A program made the translations under genes and the position numbers. From Chrysomallon squamiferum (lineage: Eukaryota > Animalia > Mollusca), in the NCBI GenBank assembly GCA_012295275.1, contig CM022677.1:18228001-18292000 (forward strand): a stretch of DNA of 64,000 nt. Reading direction: 5' to 3'. Below, one piece after another: positions 14,474 to 29,874 of this stretch. Below the pieces are notes generated by a model that saw only the letters and a program-made list of their open reading frames with translations, was not told where the DNA came from and searched no databases. Position 1 is the first letter of the stretch. The number at the start of each line of letters is the position of its first letter.

Positions 14474-15569
14474 TCACATTAAAGTAGATTGTATCAAACC
14501 TGCAGACACAGTAGGCAGAGGAATTCCAGGAGTCGATGCTTCTTCACCTATTCCTCGATCTGTGTCTGGCGTCTGTCTTTCTGTACGTCCCCTCCCGTTC
14601 CTAACCGTTACAAAACAGGACAGTTTCGCTAACATAATATTTCTATAATTAGCTGCACTGCAGATCAAAATAAAGAAATTCTGTCCGAAGTTCAGCATGT
14701 AAATCAAGTTCCAAATGGGCCAGAGTCTTTGTCCGAGCTTTTGAGCCGCTTCGTCTGTGTTCGTCTCTCAGAACTCCATCGGTACTTTCCGCTACTGATA
14801 TCGGCAGTAAAGTGACGACAGCCATGACAGACACGAGGATTAACGGACGCGTGGAACTGTCTCGTTTCTGCACGATGCAGTCCGTTCTGACGAAAGCGTT
14901 GCGGAACCTGTACCCTCGTTTGATTCGAAACACGATCGAGGCGTTGAGCGCGAAAATGACGACGCAGGGAACGATGGAAGACGCTACCAGACGCAGAGAA
15001 ATCAAGTAGAATTCGAGCTCGTTCGAAACGATGCGTTTGCTTGTCACGTAATTCAGTTCCGTGAGCACTGGAATGATCAGCGCGACCGAAATGGCCACCA
15101 AACACGAGCAAATCACCGCCGCTTTCTTCCTCGTGCAGAAGCGCGCGCGCACGAGCGGGTGGCAGATGCAGACGTACCTGTCGAGAGTCAACCCGACCAG
15201 CAGCCATGGAGACAGGAGCTTCGTGGAGAATCGGAAACTGTTGAAGATCTTGTAGAACGCGCTGTCCGTCTGAAGAGGGGAGAGAATCTGGAACTGCGCT
15301 TCAGACTCTTCCAGGACCAACCCGCACAGCACCAGCGAGTCGGAGACCGAGAGAAACTTGAGGTACACCGAATACGACAGCGTCCTCAGTCTGGGATCGC
15401 ACATCAGCACGAACTGCAGCGTGTTTGCAGCGATGCTGATTGCAACGATTGTGACAACGATACTCCAGTACACTCGACCGTAGAAGTAAAAATACGGCCA
15501 CCCAGCAACATACGTCTCGTTCTTCAGGGTGGGGATCGTCTGCAAGCCAAGAATTGTTTCCATGATCAT
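14474..15569 (-). pseudogene. Full-length GPCR paralogue (R2) with one frameshift near 14765 (recent pseudogene, loss-of-function allele, or consensus error)
   Basis: ORF 14649-15569 carries TM1-TM6 (WPYF, ANTLQF, SVSD, LTLDRY, VTLLP). The homologous frame resumes at ~14764 (TNTDEAAQKLGQRLWPIWNLIYMLNFGQNF...) and ends at 14474. Alignment to R1 implies a 2-nt loss in a GAGAGA run. Candidate acceptor TTGCAG at 15767-15766. Confidence 0.88.
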
Positions 15570-16896
15570 CTAGAAAGATCCACCCTGAGTACGTCCAGTT
15601 ACGTCAATCGTAAATAGTCTTACAAAAAGAGGAAGAAGTCTACGTTCACAAAAATGAAAAAATCTCGATTTAATTTTGTTTTGTTCTGAAGCACTTAGTT
15701 TTTTATCCTTCGAAATTACCTTTAAATTGCTGAGGTGGTACTTTACGACAAATGTTTCCGATAGTCTGCAATGAAAATAAATAGATAGAAAGTAAGTGAA
15801 CAGGTAAGTAATATAAGTAATTAAATAAATGAACAAACAAATAAACTAAATAAACTACAAAAAGGAAAGAAAAACAAGAAAAACAGCTACATCAACAACA
15901 ACTACTACTACTACCACTACTACTACTATTACTACTACTACTATTACTATTACTGCTACTACTACTACTACTACTACTACTACTATCATTTCTGCTGCTA
16001 TTAGACATACAGCTATTATTACTGTTTCTATTTCTGCCATTACTGTTATCACCATTGTCAATACTACTGTTACAACCCCAGCTACTACTACTATTACTAT
16101 TACTAGATTTCTATTACTACTACTGCAGCTACTACTACTATTACTATTAATACTACTATGAATATCACTATTACTACTACTGCTACTACTACTACTACTA
16201 CTACTATTACTACTACTACTATTACTATTACTACTACTACTACTACTATAGCTGCCACTACTAATAAACACATATTTTATCCTGTACCGAAATATTCATT
16301 TGACAAAATCTATACACTATATTGTTATTTTCATATCTTTCCAAATTTAAAATGATTGTTTAGAGTAAATATTAGTATATAGATATGTAGATAGATATTT
16401 AGATAGATAAATAGATACACACGCACACACACACATACATATATGTAAGTATGTATGTATGTGTGTACTAGAAAGGTACATGGATAAGCATTTATAAAGA
16501 AATAGAGATAAAACAGAAAATATACAGAATATATATATATATATTCATAAACAGATAAGGTCGATAAATAGATAACTGGATAGACAGACAGACAAAAGAT
16601 AAATAAATATATACAGACAAACAGATAGATATAGAGAGACGGAAAGAGAGATACACAGAAAGATTGATTAAGGGACAAAACACTTTGAAAATATTGATTT
16701 AAATAAATGTACACAGACAGACAAAAAGATAAGGTAAATATGCAGAACGAAAGACAGAGAAACAGAGACAGATTAAGAACAAAACGCAGAAGTAATTGAA
16801 TAAATGTAATAATAACACAAAAAACATTAATAAAAATATGCGAACGGAAAGCTAATAAGAATAGAGAATAAAAAAATAATAATAATAAGAATAGTA

Positions 16897-16954
<58 letters not shown>

Positions 16955-16991
16955 TAATAATAATAAAATAATAATAATAAATAATAATAAC

Positions 16992-17026
<35 letters not shown>

Positions 17027-17036
17027 CAACAACAAC

Positions 17037-17068
<32 letters not shown>

Positions 17069-17533
17069 TAATAAACACATACGTTAATGCACAATGTTAA
17101 TCTCTTGCTACATGTTCTAACAAACCACTCACCTGCATTCTTAACGCAGTTTTCTCTCTCGCCGTCTGATAATAACTGGACTCATTTTTCTAATGGTTCT
17201 CTTATTATGCAACTTCCCCAACAAAAGACGACCACATTATCAGTCAGACGATGTTGCGTAGACTATTTTATCACCTACAAAAAAAATAAAAATAATAAAA
17301 ATAAAAAAATAAAAATATATATATCATCTTTATGAAATATTAGAAAAAAGAGAGAAAAAAAAGAAAAAAAAAAAAATGCAGATCTAATTAATTGCAAAAG
17401 CTTTATTAACGATCTTTAAACCAAACTGGTCGACCAATCAAATGTCGTCGTACATTTCGCATTATCCATTCATGAATGCGCTTCTTTTTTTTTTTTTTTT
17501 TTTTTTTATTTAACGTATTTTCTAAAGCATGTT

Positions 17534-17650
17534 TTAATTAATTACGACTTCAGCGAAATTAAAGTTGTATCGACGTAACGAAAAGCCGCTGGTAATGTTT
17601 TAATTTAAATATGACGTTTTCTTTCATCACGTTAGTAAGCCAGTTCATGA
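17534..17650 (-). promoter_or_regulatory. Conserved receptor-upstream element, copy 3, upstream of R2
   Basis: Core at 17616-17634, CCAAT at 17434-17438, candidate donor GTATGT at 17082-17077 (minus), ~2 kb upstream of the R2 start. Confidence 0.65.
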
Positions 17651-17978
17651 TTATTTTTTTATTATTATTCGTGAGATATAATATAGTATTATATTAAAAC
17701 ACAATATTCTGTTTACAGTGAAACTGCAGTCCACAAACTCGTCTGTAGGAATAGAGAGAGATAACGAATTATTTCATTCAGAATTTAAGAGATTTGTTTT
17801 GTGAATATTTTCTACTATATATATATATATATATATATAATACTGCACCAGTAATTTGTAATGAATTTCTTTCTTTTTAATTATCTTTTTTTTCTTCTAG
17901 CTTCAATTTGTTTCTCTCTTTAAATAAATAAATAAATACTAAATAAACAATAATAATGATGATGATGGTGATAATAAT

Positions 17979-18020
<42 letters not shown>

Positions 18021-18091
18021 GTTTAAATTTTCAATACTGCTGTAAAATCTTGTAAATATGTATGTATGTAAATGAAGATATTGATGGATAG

Positions 18092-18156
<65 letters not shown>

Positions 18157-18907
18157 ACTCACTCACTCACTCTCTCTCTCTGTCCGATTACCTAGCTTGT
18201 ACCTTTGGTCAGCCACTGGATTATTTTCGTACAAGACTAAAGCAGGACGCTGTAAAACAGTGAAACGAAAGACCACAACCGCCTTGACATAATCATCCTT
18301 ATCAATTTAACTACATCCCCAACAGCCTCATCTTGCAGTATATGTTGTGTAAATAAATCTACAACGTCGTACCAAACTCGTCGTATCTACAAAATAAATC
18401 TCTAGTAGCCAGTTTTATGTAGTTCGTAGCATACTTATCCATTAGATATCGGAGTTATTCCCCTTTAATTAAGACTTACTAAGCAAAAGCGTTAGGGAGT
18501 TGTTTCCCTTAAACTTACAGTTAACATCAGAAAAAAAATAGGTTTGATATGCTGATAATTATTTCCCTTTGTTGTGTCGGTTTTAGAAGTGCTGACGGAG
18601 TTATCTCACTTGAATATATTGGGTTTTTTTATATAACCAAATGCTATTTTGTTTTTTGTTTCAGCTTACCACAAAGGACAGATTTAATAAAATAGATTTC
18701 TTTGTTTCGGTCAGATTTTTTGTTTGATTTCATTTCATCTCTTCTTTTGTTTTTCTTTGTTATTATCTTTATCGTTCTCATCAACTTCGTCATCGTCTTT
18801 AATACGACTACTACTTCTAATAATACTATTGTAATCATCATTTTCATTATAATTATAATCATCTTAATCATTATAACCATTATTATTATCATCGTCGTCA
18901 TCATCAC

Positions 18908-18946
<39 letters not shown>

Positions 18947-20029
18947 CATCATCATTATAAAACAAGAAAAAGACGACAGTGACATCAGCACTAAGAACAA
19001 TGTAAGAAACGACAGCAACATCAATGTCAACAGCAAGAGAAATAAAGTTGAAAGTATTATGATGAAAGGTACAGAAAGAAGGTAACTAAATGATTAACAA
19101 ATAAGGAAAACAAACAAGTCAGAAACAAAGACGACATAGCAACGACAACGACAAGCACAACGACAGCAACAGCAAATACAAGAACAACTACAACAACAGT
19201 AACAGCAATAAAAACATAACAACAAGTGTAATAGCTACAAAAACAATAGCAAGAAAAAACAATTACAAGAACAACAAAAAGAACGACAACAATACCAATA
19301 ACAATAATAAAAATAACAAACAGACGAAGGAGAAGAACAAAAACAAGAAGAAGAAGAACAAAAGTATTACTAATACTACTATAACAGTTACAACAACAAC
19401 AACAATAAATCGATTACAAACTAATTACAAGCAATGTAAATTAAATGCTCACTATTATCGTCATTATTATTATCATCATCATCGTCATCATCATCATTTT
19501 CATTATTATTATCATCTCTATAATTATCATTATCATCGTTCTTATTACTGTTGTTATTATTATTATTATTGTTATTACCATTATATTATTATTACCGTTA
19601 TTATAATTATTACCATTATTATTATTATTATTATTATTATCACCATCATCATCATAATCATTATTATTATCATTATTATCCACTATGAAAAGACATCAAG
19701 GACTGTTTCTCTCTCGTTAATACACGAAAACTTCTGTATTTCTAATTCTGAAATTAACCATTGTGTGTTTTTTTATGTAATTTTAATGTGTTTCTGACTC
19801 TTGTCTTGTCTTATTGCTGCAGCCATCACACAAACGAAGCAAACAGAACATCTTTAATGTGTATTTAATTTTGATGCATGCGTTTACGTTGCGTGAGTCT
19901 CCAGTATATCAAAAGAAAGACGACATCTTCAAATCATAATTATTCTAATTGTGAACAAGATTTCTTTTTTCAGTTAAAGGAAAAGAAAAGAAAAAAAAAA
20001 TGTATTATTTTGTGTAGTCCCTCTCTCTT

Positions 20030-20121
<92 letters not shown>

Positions 20122-20255
20122 ACATTAACAGAACGAGAGAAACAGGTAGATGGAGCGAGTGAAGGAAATATATGTGTAAGAGTATATATATACACACATA
20201 AGAGAGAGAGACAGATAGATAGAGAGCGAGAGACAGAGACAGAGAGAGAGAGATT

Positions 20256-21014
<759 letters not shown>

Positions 21015-21124
21015 TATACATATATATGTATGTATGTGTGTGTGTGTGTATGTTTATATATATATATATATACATGATTTCTTTCCCTCTCTCTGTCTCT
21101 GTATATATCTGTGTGTGTATGTGT

Positions 21125-21155
<31 letters not shown>

Positions 21156-21491
21156 CGTACATCTCTTTTTGTTTCCCGCTCTATCCTTACCTGTGTTTTA
21201 TTTCTCTTATGTAAGTAAATTAATTTTAAAAATATGAAACAAATACAAACGTGTGGGCTGTGTTTGTATTTGTGTCTGAACAACGAAATTAATCTGCTTA
21301 GTGTATTCTGTTATCATCTGAAGATTAAACACGGTAATAAGTTTGCTTTTATTCTATTTTGTGCTTTTTCTCTATCTTTTTTTTTTTTTTTTTTCTTATT
21401 TATTATTTTAAATTAGAGAACTACTTTATTTATTTATTTTTATTTTTTTCCGCAGTTTCATAATAAATTAACATTTTTATTTCATTCCCTA

Positions 21492-21610
21492 CGTTAAACA
21501 TTCACGAACCTGCTTATTAACGTGATGAAAGAAAACATCACGTTTAAATTAAAACTTTACCAGCGGCTTCACGTTACCTCAATACGACTTTGTTTGGCGT
21601 AATTAATTAA
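21492..21610 (+). promoter_or_regulatory. Conserved receptor-upstream element, copy 4, upstream of R3
   Basis: Core TAACGTGATGAAAGAAAAC at 21518-21536, ATTGG at 21668-21672 and 21710-21714, donor CTG|GTGAGT at 22105. Confidence 0.65.
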
Positions 21611-22146
21611 ATCTACAGCATGTCTTTAACGAATGTACATGTTAGGTTCTTAGAAACAAGACTTTTGATTGGCTGTTAGCAGTAATAACTTTTAGCAACA
21701 ACGCTTCTGATTGGCTGTGAGTAGAAAAACTAATACAAACAAAGCTAATTATCCAATAGATACATATCACGTGACCCTAACAAACTGGGCGTCACGTTTA
21801 TATTAGTTTTGTTTTTCTTCCAAGTCCTTCGCATATTAGTTTTGGCGTTTCTTTCAGTGTAATTAAGACTTCTGTTTCTATTTTTTTCTTTTTTTTTTCT
21901 TTAATAGCTTCTGCATGCTCATCATCGAAGAATCAAAAAGTTAATTTGAATACAGCGATCTCATTGGTTGTCTCCTTTGTTTCGATATTGTATAAAGTCC
22001 AGGCTGGTTCGTTTTCACTTGCAACCTGGGAAAATAACTGCATATCAGCACAGATTTGATTCCATATCAAATTTCTCTGTAGCGAGATTTTATTCTTATT
22101 TCTGGTGAGTACTGTATTGAAATGTCGAGATCTTAGTATGATGTTG

Positions 22147-22214
<68 letters not shown>

Positions 22215-22519
22215 GTTTCTATTACAGTTGTTTTTTTCAATCTCTAAAAGCTTGAAGTGTGAAAATATAAAAAAGTTTTGTATTTTTGATTTTCATTTTG
22301 TTTGTTACAGTCTTGTGATTTCGTACCAGTTAAACTGCTTTTTCATTGCGTTAAAGTATTATTATTTCATTTTATTATCTTTTTGTTATTTCTATTTTGT
22401 TTTATTCTATTTTTCTGTTTCCGTATTTTGACTTCTATTCTCTGAATATACGCCAATCAGTCAGAGTATCTGTAAGTTTTTTCAGGTTTATTAGAAATTA
22501 TTTCGTTCTCTGTTTCTGT

Positions 22520-22678
<159 letters not shown>

Positions 22679-23590
22679 ATCTTTCTCGCTCTTTTCTTCT
22701 GTTTCTCGTAAACCAGTTTTTTCTAAATTTTGTATTCATCATTTTACTTTCATATTCATTTCAGTGTCATTTTACAAAAGAATGGATATAATATAATAAT
22801 AAACGTTTGATAGACAGACAGATAGACAAACAAAAAGATAAAGATATATAAAGAAAAATAAATTAATTAATTAAATTAAATAAATAAATAAATAACAGAC
22901 AAACAAATAATTAAACAAACAAACAATAAAACAAACAAACAAATAAATAAACTAACAAATAAATTAAATTAAATACAATCAAAACAAAATGAAATACCCA
23001 TAGCGACATTTGGATATATTAAAAACTAAATATAAAACAGAGAAACTATCTTATAAAACGTCTACGTGTACAGCTGTCCACATTTCTTACATACATCAGT
23101 TTATAACAGACCACTAAAATAAATAAATTTAACATAAACATACCAGAAGAATGACCAACAATGTAACATTCAAACTAAGAGAAAGAAAAAAAAAAACAGA
23201 AAGAGAAAAGGAAATCGAGACAGAGATAAAAATAGCGAAACTAAGCAAATGGGAAGAAATTGTTGTATTTATAGTTTGATGAATCCACATAACTGTAGTT
23301 TATCTAGTTCTGTCTTCAATGTTATTTCTAAATGCGCCTTTATTTTATTACTTACCAACAATTCACCGCGATTGACTCAGTAGATGCATTGATAATAAGG
23401 TTAAATAGAGGTTTGCATCGTTTTGTGAAATAACATTACTGATATAAATGGTTCAGTTCAGTTTAGGTGGGATTTTTTCTAACTGTAGAGTGAGTCTTTG
23501 ATGCTTTGTGAGCAAACTATTTCTTTTTGTCGTTTTGTCTTTATCTTTTTGTCTTTCTCTCTCTCTTGTTAATACGTTCTCATTTCTCTC

Positions 23591-23687
<97 letters not shown>

Positions 23688-23791
23688 GAATGATAAAAAT
23701 GCTATAACAATTAAAACGCTTCATCTTTACTAACACATTTCTCTATTCTTCTTTGTTTTTCCATACCGTCATCAAAAACACTTTCAACGTC

Positions 23792-24972
23792 ATGTCGACA
23801 TCAACGTTTCCACTCGTCACGACGACAGACTACAACAACGACACGCTATCGACGGCCGCGTACGCCAGCTACTCCGACGACGGAACCCGGGACCCACCGG
23901 CGAATACCACGCCCCTCGACGACTGGCCGTACTTCGACCTGCGAAACCTCGCTCTGTGGTCGTTAGTCCTGACGATAGGAATCCTGGGCGTGGCTGGAAA
24001 CGCCCTGAGTTCGTCCTGATGAGGGACCCGAAGCTGTCCGGTTACTCCTACTCCGTCTACTTCAAGTTCCTCTCCTTCTCGGACACGCTGCTCCTCGTTC
24101 TCGAGATGTTCCGCGAGACGGAGAAGTACTTCCAGCTCACCTCCGTCATCCACCTCAGCGACGCCTACTGCAAGGTCCTCAACTGCCTCAGACTGGGCGT
24201 GACGATCACGTCCCCGTGGCTGGTGGTGGGCCTCACCCTCGACAGACACTACGCCATCTGCTTCCCGATGAGGCGCGAGCTGTTCTGCACGAGAAAGAAG
24301 GCTCTGGTCGTCTGCTTCTCGCTGGTCGCCATGGTGATAGCGATAAACGTGCCGCCTCTGGTCCTGATGAAGCGGACGAGCGCGGGGAAGTGCATCCCGG
24401 CCCCCGAGCTCCAGTTCTTCTTCATCTTCTTCAGGGCGTTCTTCACGTCGACGCTGCCGTGCTTGCTCATCCTCGTCCTCAACATCACCATCTTCGTCCG
24501 CATCCAGCGCAGCAAGGAGTTCAGGAAGACGTTCGCGCAGACGACGACGACGACAACGTCAGCAGCAGCCGATTCAGCCAATCAGAAGAAGCAGCAGCAC
24601 AACCCGACGCGCCCCCTGGTGATCGTTTCCGTGCTGGCGTTCGTGACGTTGTTGCCGATGGCGGTGGCTGACAGCACCGCCATCTGGCTCGACGTCAGCA
24701 AAGTGGACGAGAGAGCGAGGACGCTGGCACTCAAACTGATGCCGGTGTTCAGCCTGATCTACTTGTTAAACTTCGCTCAGAATTTTTACATTTTGATCGC
24801 CTCTGCGGAGAACTACCGGGAAATCATGCGGGGAATTTTCGGGCGAGTCTTACGATCTTTCAGGAGAGCTGAGAATTCTAATCCGGGTCCCTCGGAGAGC
24901 AACATCTGCGATACAGCCAGGTCTGTGGTGACCGCCGCACCCAGTAGATTATCAGTCGACGAAAAAAAGTAA
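23792..24972 (+). pseudogene. Full-length GPCR paralogue (R3, 393 aa if repaired) with a 1-nt deletion at 24007/24008
   Basis: MSTSTF...WPYFDL...GVAGNAL in one frame, then FVLMRDPKLS...LTLDRH...FVTLLP...LNFAQNFY...VDEKK* in the other. CTG AG TTC stands where the paralogues read LQF. The upstream acceptor position reads CCAT (23761-23764) where the paralogue has CCAG. Confidence 0.88.
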
Positions 24973-25030
24973 ATTAAACTTTCGTAAATGCATCTTGGAA
25001 AAACATTTTGACTCGTTCTTTTTGTCAGAA

Positions 25031-25256
25031 TCTATTATGACTTGCGTAGAATGTCAACAGACTGTTGTTTAAAACTATTTATATTTTAGTTATCACGACT
25101 TACATGTGATGTCAATAGAATGTTTAAAACCATTTATATTTTAGTTATCTACGACTTACATTATGATGTCAACGGAATGTTTAAAACCATTTATATTTCA
25201 TTTATCTACGACTTACATTATGATGTCAACGGAATGTTTAAAACCATTTATATTTG
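25031..25256 (+). repeat. ~55-57 bp minisatellite (about 4 units, further degenerate units ~25545-25700) in the R3 3' flank
   Basis: Unit ~TATCTACGACTTACATTATGATGTCAACGGAATGTTTAAAACCATTTATATTTTAGT. Confidence 0.85.
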
Positions 25257-26742
25257 AAGCGTTTGGTTCCAAAAACGCTATGAATCTATTTTGTTTGTTT
25301 TGAGAAAAAAAAAATGACTATTATCTGCTCTGGAGTTTATAACGTTTATGCTACGAAGGTTTCTAGTCTACTGCGTAGAACAGACGTGGATATAGAATTT
25401 GGGGGGTAAAGTGATTATGGGGCATTGAACACCCGTCAAATGCTGAGCTTTTGGTGGCGTTTATTTTTTTATTTTTTTTTTTTTTATTTTTAAACTTTTG
25501 ATTTTGGCGTTGATCTCATTTTGGAATTAAAGTCTCTATTTTCTCTATCACGACTAAAATATGACGTCAACGAACTGTTTAAAACCATTTATATTTTATT
25601 TATCATGACTTACATAGTGTTTAAAAAAAAAAAAAACATTCGTAATTTATGTATTATGACTTGCGTTTAAAACCATTTATATTTTATCTATCACGACGTA
25701 CGTATAATGGAAGCATACTTTTGACAAACTTTATTTTTATTATTTTACTGTTTAATTTCTGGTGGTATCTAATGCTATCCCTTCACGCCACTGGGTCTCG
25801 GTTTCCACAAAAAAACTAAAAAATATATATAATTGTTATTGATCCAACCAACTGTGTGTTTTTCTAACACAGTCCAAACACACTCGACTCTCTTCGGTCA
25901 TTTAACATTTGATCTGCTTTGAACTTTTGATTACTTTACTATATTTAATTAACTATGGATCTGATGTTTGCTGTATACGCTGACAGTTCTAACAGAAAAC
26001 GATCCGGTCATTAACAACAACAGTTTGTCTTCATTTAATTAATGACGAAATGTATCCTGAATAATTATGACGCCAATCATTGTGACGTAGCAAAACACTC
26101 GGGTGTTTTCGGTAAGTCCGAATTTACGTAAATCTACGGATATCAAGAATCTCTCTATATGCTGATAATTATATGTTTTCTAAATGAGAAAATCATACGT
26201 TCTCTTGATGAAAACTTATAAATAACGACAGTGGAGCCTTCAGAATCTATGCTTTATTATAACTAATTATTAAACTTACTATAACTCTATAAACTTATAG
26301 CTCTCAGATTTTCTAACACATTAAAACAAAATCGACGATCTGTTTTCGCTGTATGTTGGAATTTATGACAAAATTTTACTTTATAAAAGCACTTCATTAA
26401 TTATGAACCTAATGCCAGCTTTGATTGTCAGTTATTTTATTGTTTTCAAGACCAGAAATTCTTACTGTGTCGCGATTTATCTGAATTTATCTAAACATAC
26501 CTCGAAAACGGATATTTTAGAAACTTATAGAGATTATGGCCATATTCCATCTCTGTATTTATTTAACGCCAGTCATCTAACAATTCAGCAGGTTTTTGTA
26601 TTAGGACGTGCTACCCATAATAATTAAAGAACATTTAAAACAAAAATGAAAGGTTAAATGTTTCCGAATAGCGCATTCAGTTGTAAACTTTGTTTCTGTT
26701 TCAGTATTGAAAAACAAACTGTTATTTCTGATAAACGTATTA

Positions 26743-26847
<105 letters not shown>

Positions 26848-27512
26848 ATTACATTTTCAACAAACAAATATATGACGTATGTACTTATATAAAAAATTTG
26901 TTGACTAATGCAGTATTACTTATGGAAATAAATGGCATTAAAATATATTTATCTTTTTTACTTGTTTATTAATTTGATGTTAGAAAAGTGTTATACATTT
27001 TTTTGTGTGTGTGATATTCGCTAATAAATATTTAATATCTGAAATCTGAAAAAAAACTCTATTGGTAGTTAGTACGTAGTAAGTTAATTTGTTGTTGTTG
27101 TTTTTTGTCTGGGATTTTCTCTTTGATTATTTATTTATCTATTTATTTAAATTTGGAATAAAGTGGAGAAATTATTGTTATCTCGGTCTGTCAATGTTTC
27201 AGTATTAAAATTTTAAAAAATATGTGTTTGTGTTTTTGTATGCGTGTTTGTCTGTCTTCTGTTGTTGGTTTTTTTCATTCATTCATTTTTATTTATTTAT
27301 TTTTAATTTTTTTGCATCGCTTTCTTTCCTTTATTACATTATTTAATGTTCGAAAAATTCTAAAATTATATAATTTATAATGTAAAATCATTATTTATTC
27401 ACCAGAATGCAAAAAGTTATGCACCTTTCGTTATTTTTTCACCCAGTATAAAACTCTAATATTCATTGTTACAGTCGTTATATTGTATTTATTCAACTGT
27501 TTTATTTAGTTT

Positions 27513-27614
<102 letters not shown>

Positions 27615-28242
27615 TCACTCTCTCTCTCTCTAACACACACACACACATACACATGCGACCACGTACATACTCATATACAGATAATCGCATGCACATACAC
27701 ACATACATACGTACACAGACACACAATCACATTCACACACAGACACAGACACAAACACACATACACAGATACACACGCAGAAACGCACACCCATAGACAC
27801 AGACATATCTGTATTTGTGTGTATGTATGCATGTGTGTATGTATGTATGTATGTATATTATATATATATATAAACACACATGTATTTAATTTTCTTTGCT
27901 AGAGTCGTTACATCTAGGCATCTCTTTTATTCGCTTACACGCAGATACATATATACACAGACACACACACGCACAGACATACAGACACAAACATACCAAC
28001 GTACCAACACACCTCCACATACATCCACGCACACACATACATACCTACAAACAGACATACACACACACAGTCACACACAGAAGCACTCACACAAGAACAC
28101 ACAGACCACAAACAGACACACACACATAGAGAGATAAATACAAGCACACACACACACACAGAGACATACAAAGATGCATGCACACACTTATCCATCAATG
28201 GACAGAGGAAACAAAAACAAAACTAACACGAACTACTTCTGT

Positions 28243-28282
<40 letters not shown>

Positions 28283-28872
28283 TCTCATTCCACACTTTAG
28301 TTGTATTTGTAATGTTAGGTCCCGACTAACGATTGTATTATTCTGCGAGAGAACAAAACACAGCACAAACAATTAAATCATTATTTTTGCAGTGAATAAA
28401 TATTTACACAAAACATTAACGAAAGGTGAAGACCATAATGCCAATCGATTATTACAGTTTTAGTATTAATAAACAAGAAAATGAAAAATAAAGTGAAAAA
28501 AAAGAGAAAAATGTATACATACATACAGAAAGAAACGAACTGAAAAAAAATGTAAGTAAAAAACAAACAAACAAACAAATAAATAATATAGTAAAAAACA
28601 CCCACATATGCATAAATGCATAAATATACATAAACATACATACATTCATATTTACGTTCATACATACATACGTACGTACATATATAAAAATGATTGATCC
28701 ATATACACAACACATACATAGAGACACACCAGTGCATACATACATACACATATACACATATACGCATGTACACACATACATATACACAGAGAAACCTATA
28801 TATACATAAACATATACATTTATTAGATTTGTTTGATTTTATTTACATATATTCATTCAAAATAGGTAATGC

Positions 28873-28903
<31 letters not shown>

Positions 28904-28954
28904 TGTATATATACACACAGACACATGCAAACACACACATATATATATACTTAA

Positions 28955-29530
28955 AGAACTTAACAAAACAAGGAACCAAGCATCTAAAGGTCAAAACTCC
29001 CCCAAAGCCTTTGAATGTTAGTCGATATCATAATTAAAATGGAAAATTAGATGAAAGAAATAGGAATTAAAGATTTTTAATTAAATAATCAGAGATGAAA
29101 AGAAAGTTTTCGATTCGAAACACGAAAGTTAGAAATGAAATGAAACAAATATTGTTTGTATAAGGAAATGATGAGATCTTTCAATTATTAATTAATTTTT
29201 TAATAGTTTGTGATCTATTAAGATATTAGTTATTTGCCCTTGGCATTTCTGTCTGTCTAATCTATCCATCCATCCATCCATTCATCTATATATCCATATC
29301 ATGTGTGTACACAGATACATACATAAACACAAACATATATAACATATACATATATACGTACGTGCCTAAAATATATCTACATATCTAGCTATTTATCAAC
29401 CAACCTAAAATAATATTAAATTTCAAAAATTCAAAGGAGGACTATTTGGCATTAATTTGTTTCTGTTTTGTGTTGTTGTGTGTTTATAGTATATCATGTT
29501 GGAATATTTTTAGTTGTTATTATGTTTATA
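28955..29530 (+). repeat. Segmental duplication block A (second copy ~34217-35010)
   Basis: Collinear shared strings such as AAAGAACTTAACAAAA, CGATATCATAA, AGATGAAAGAAATAGGAATTAA, TTCGAAACACGAAAGTTAGAAATGAAATGAAA and AATTCAAAGGAGGA. Confidence 0.85.
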
Positions 29531-29629
<99 letters not shown>

Positions 29630-29874
29630 GTATGCGTGTGTGTGTGTATTTGTCGGTGGGTGTATATATGTATATATCGGTAACAATAATAATAAATTGT
29701 CAAAGTTATAAAATTAGTTGTCAACCTACAGTTATTACAAAAACGTAAACCAAAGCATTAAGAATAACAGAATTAATTCCTTTATATTCTGCAAATCCAC
29801 AATTGCTTTAGAGAAAAACAACTGCCGTTTCATAATAAAGTAATATTTATTTTTAATAATTAAATAAATAATCT

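Noticed and set aside
15570-15836. 88-aa ORF in frame and directly upstream of R2 (read-through extension?)
   Set aside because: It begins in low-complexity intronic sequence upstream of the likely acceptor at 15766 and has no similarity to paralogue N-termini.
21518-21610. The conserved element as a box C/D snoRNA (contains GTGATGA)
   Set aside because: No conserved CTGA box D or terminal stem across copies (CTGA follows only copy 6), and its position upstream of CCAAT fits a promoter better.
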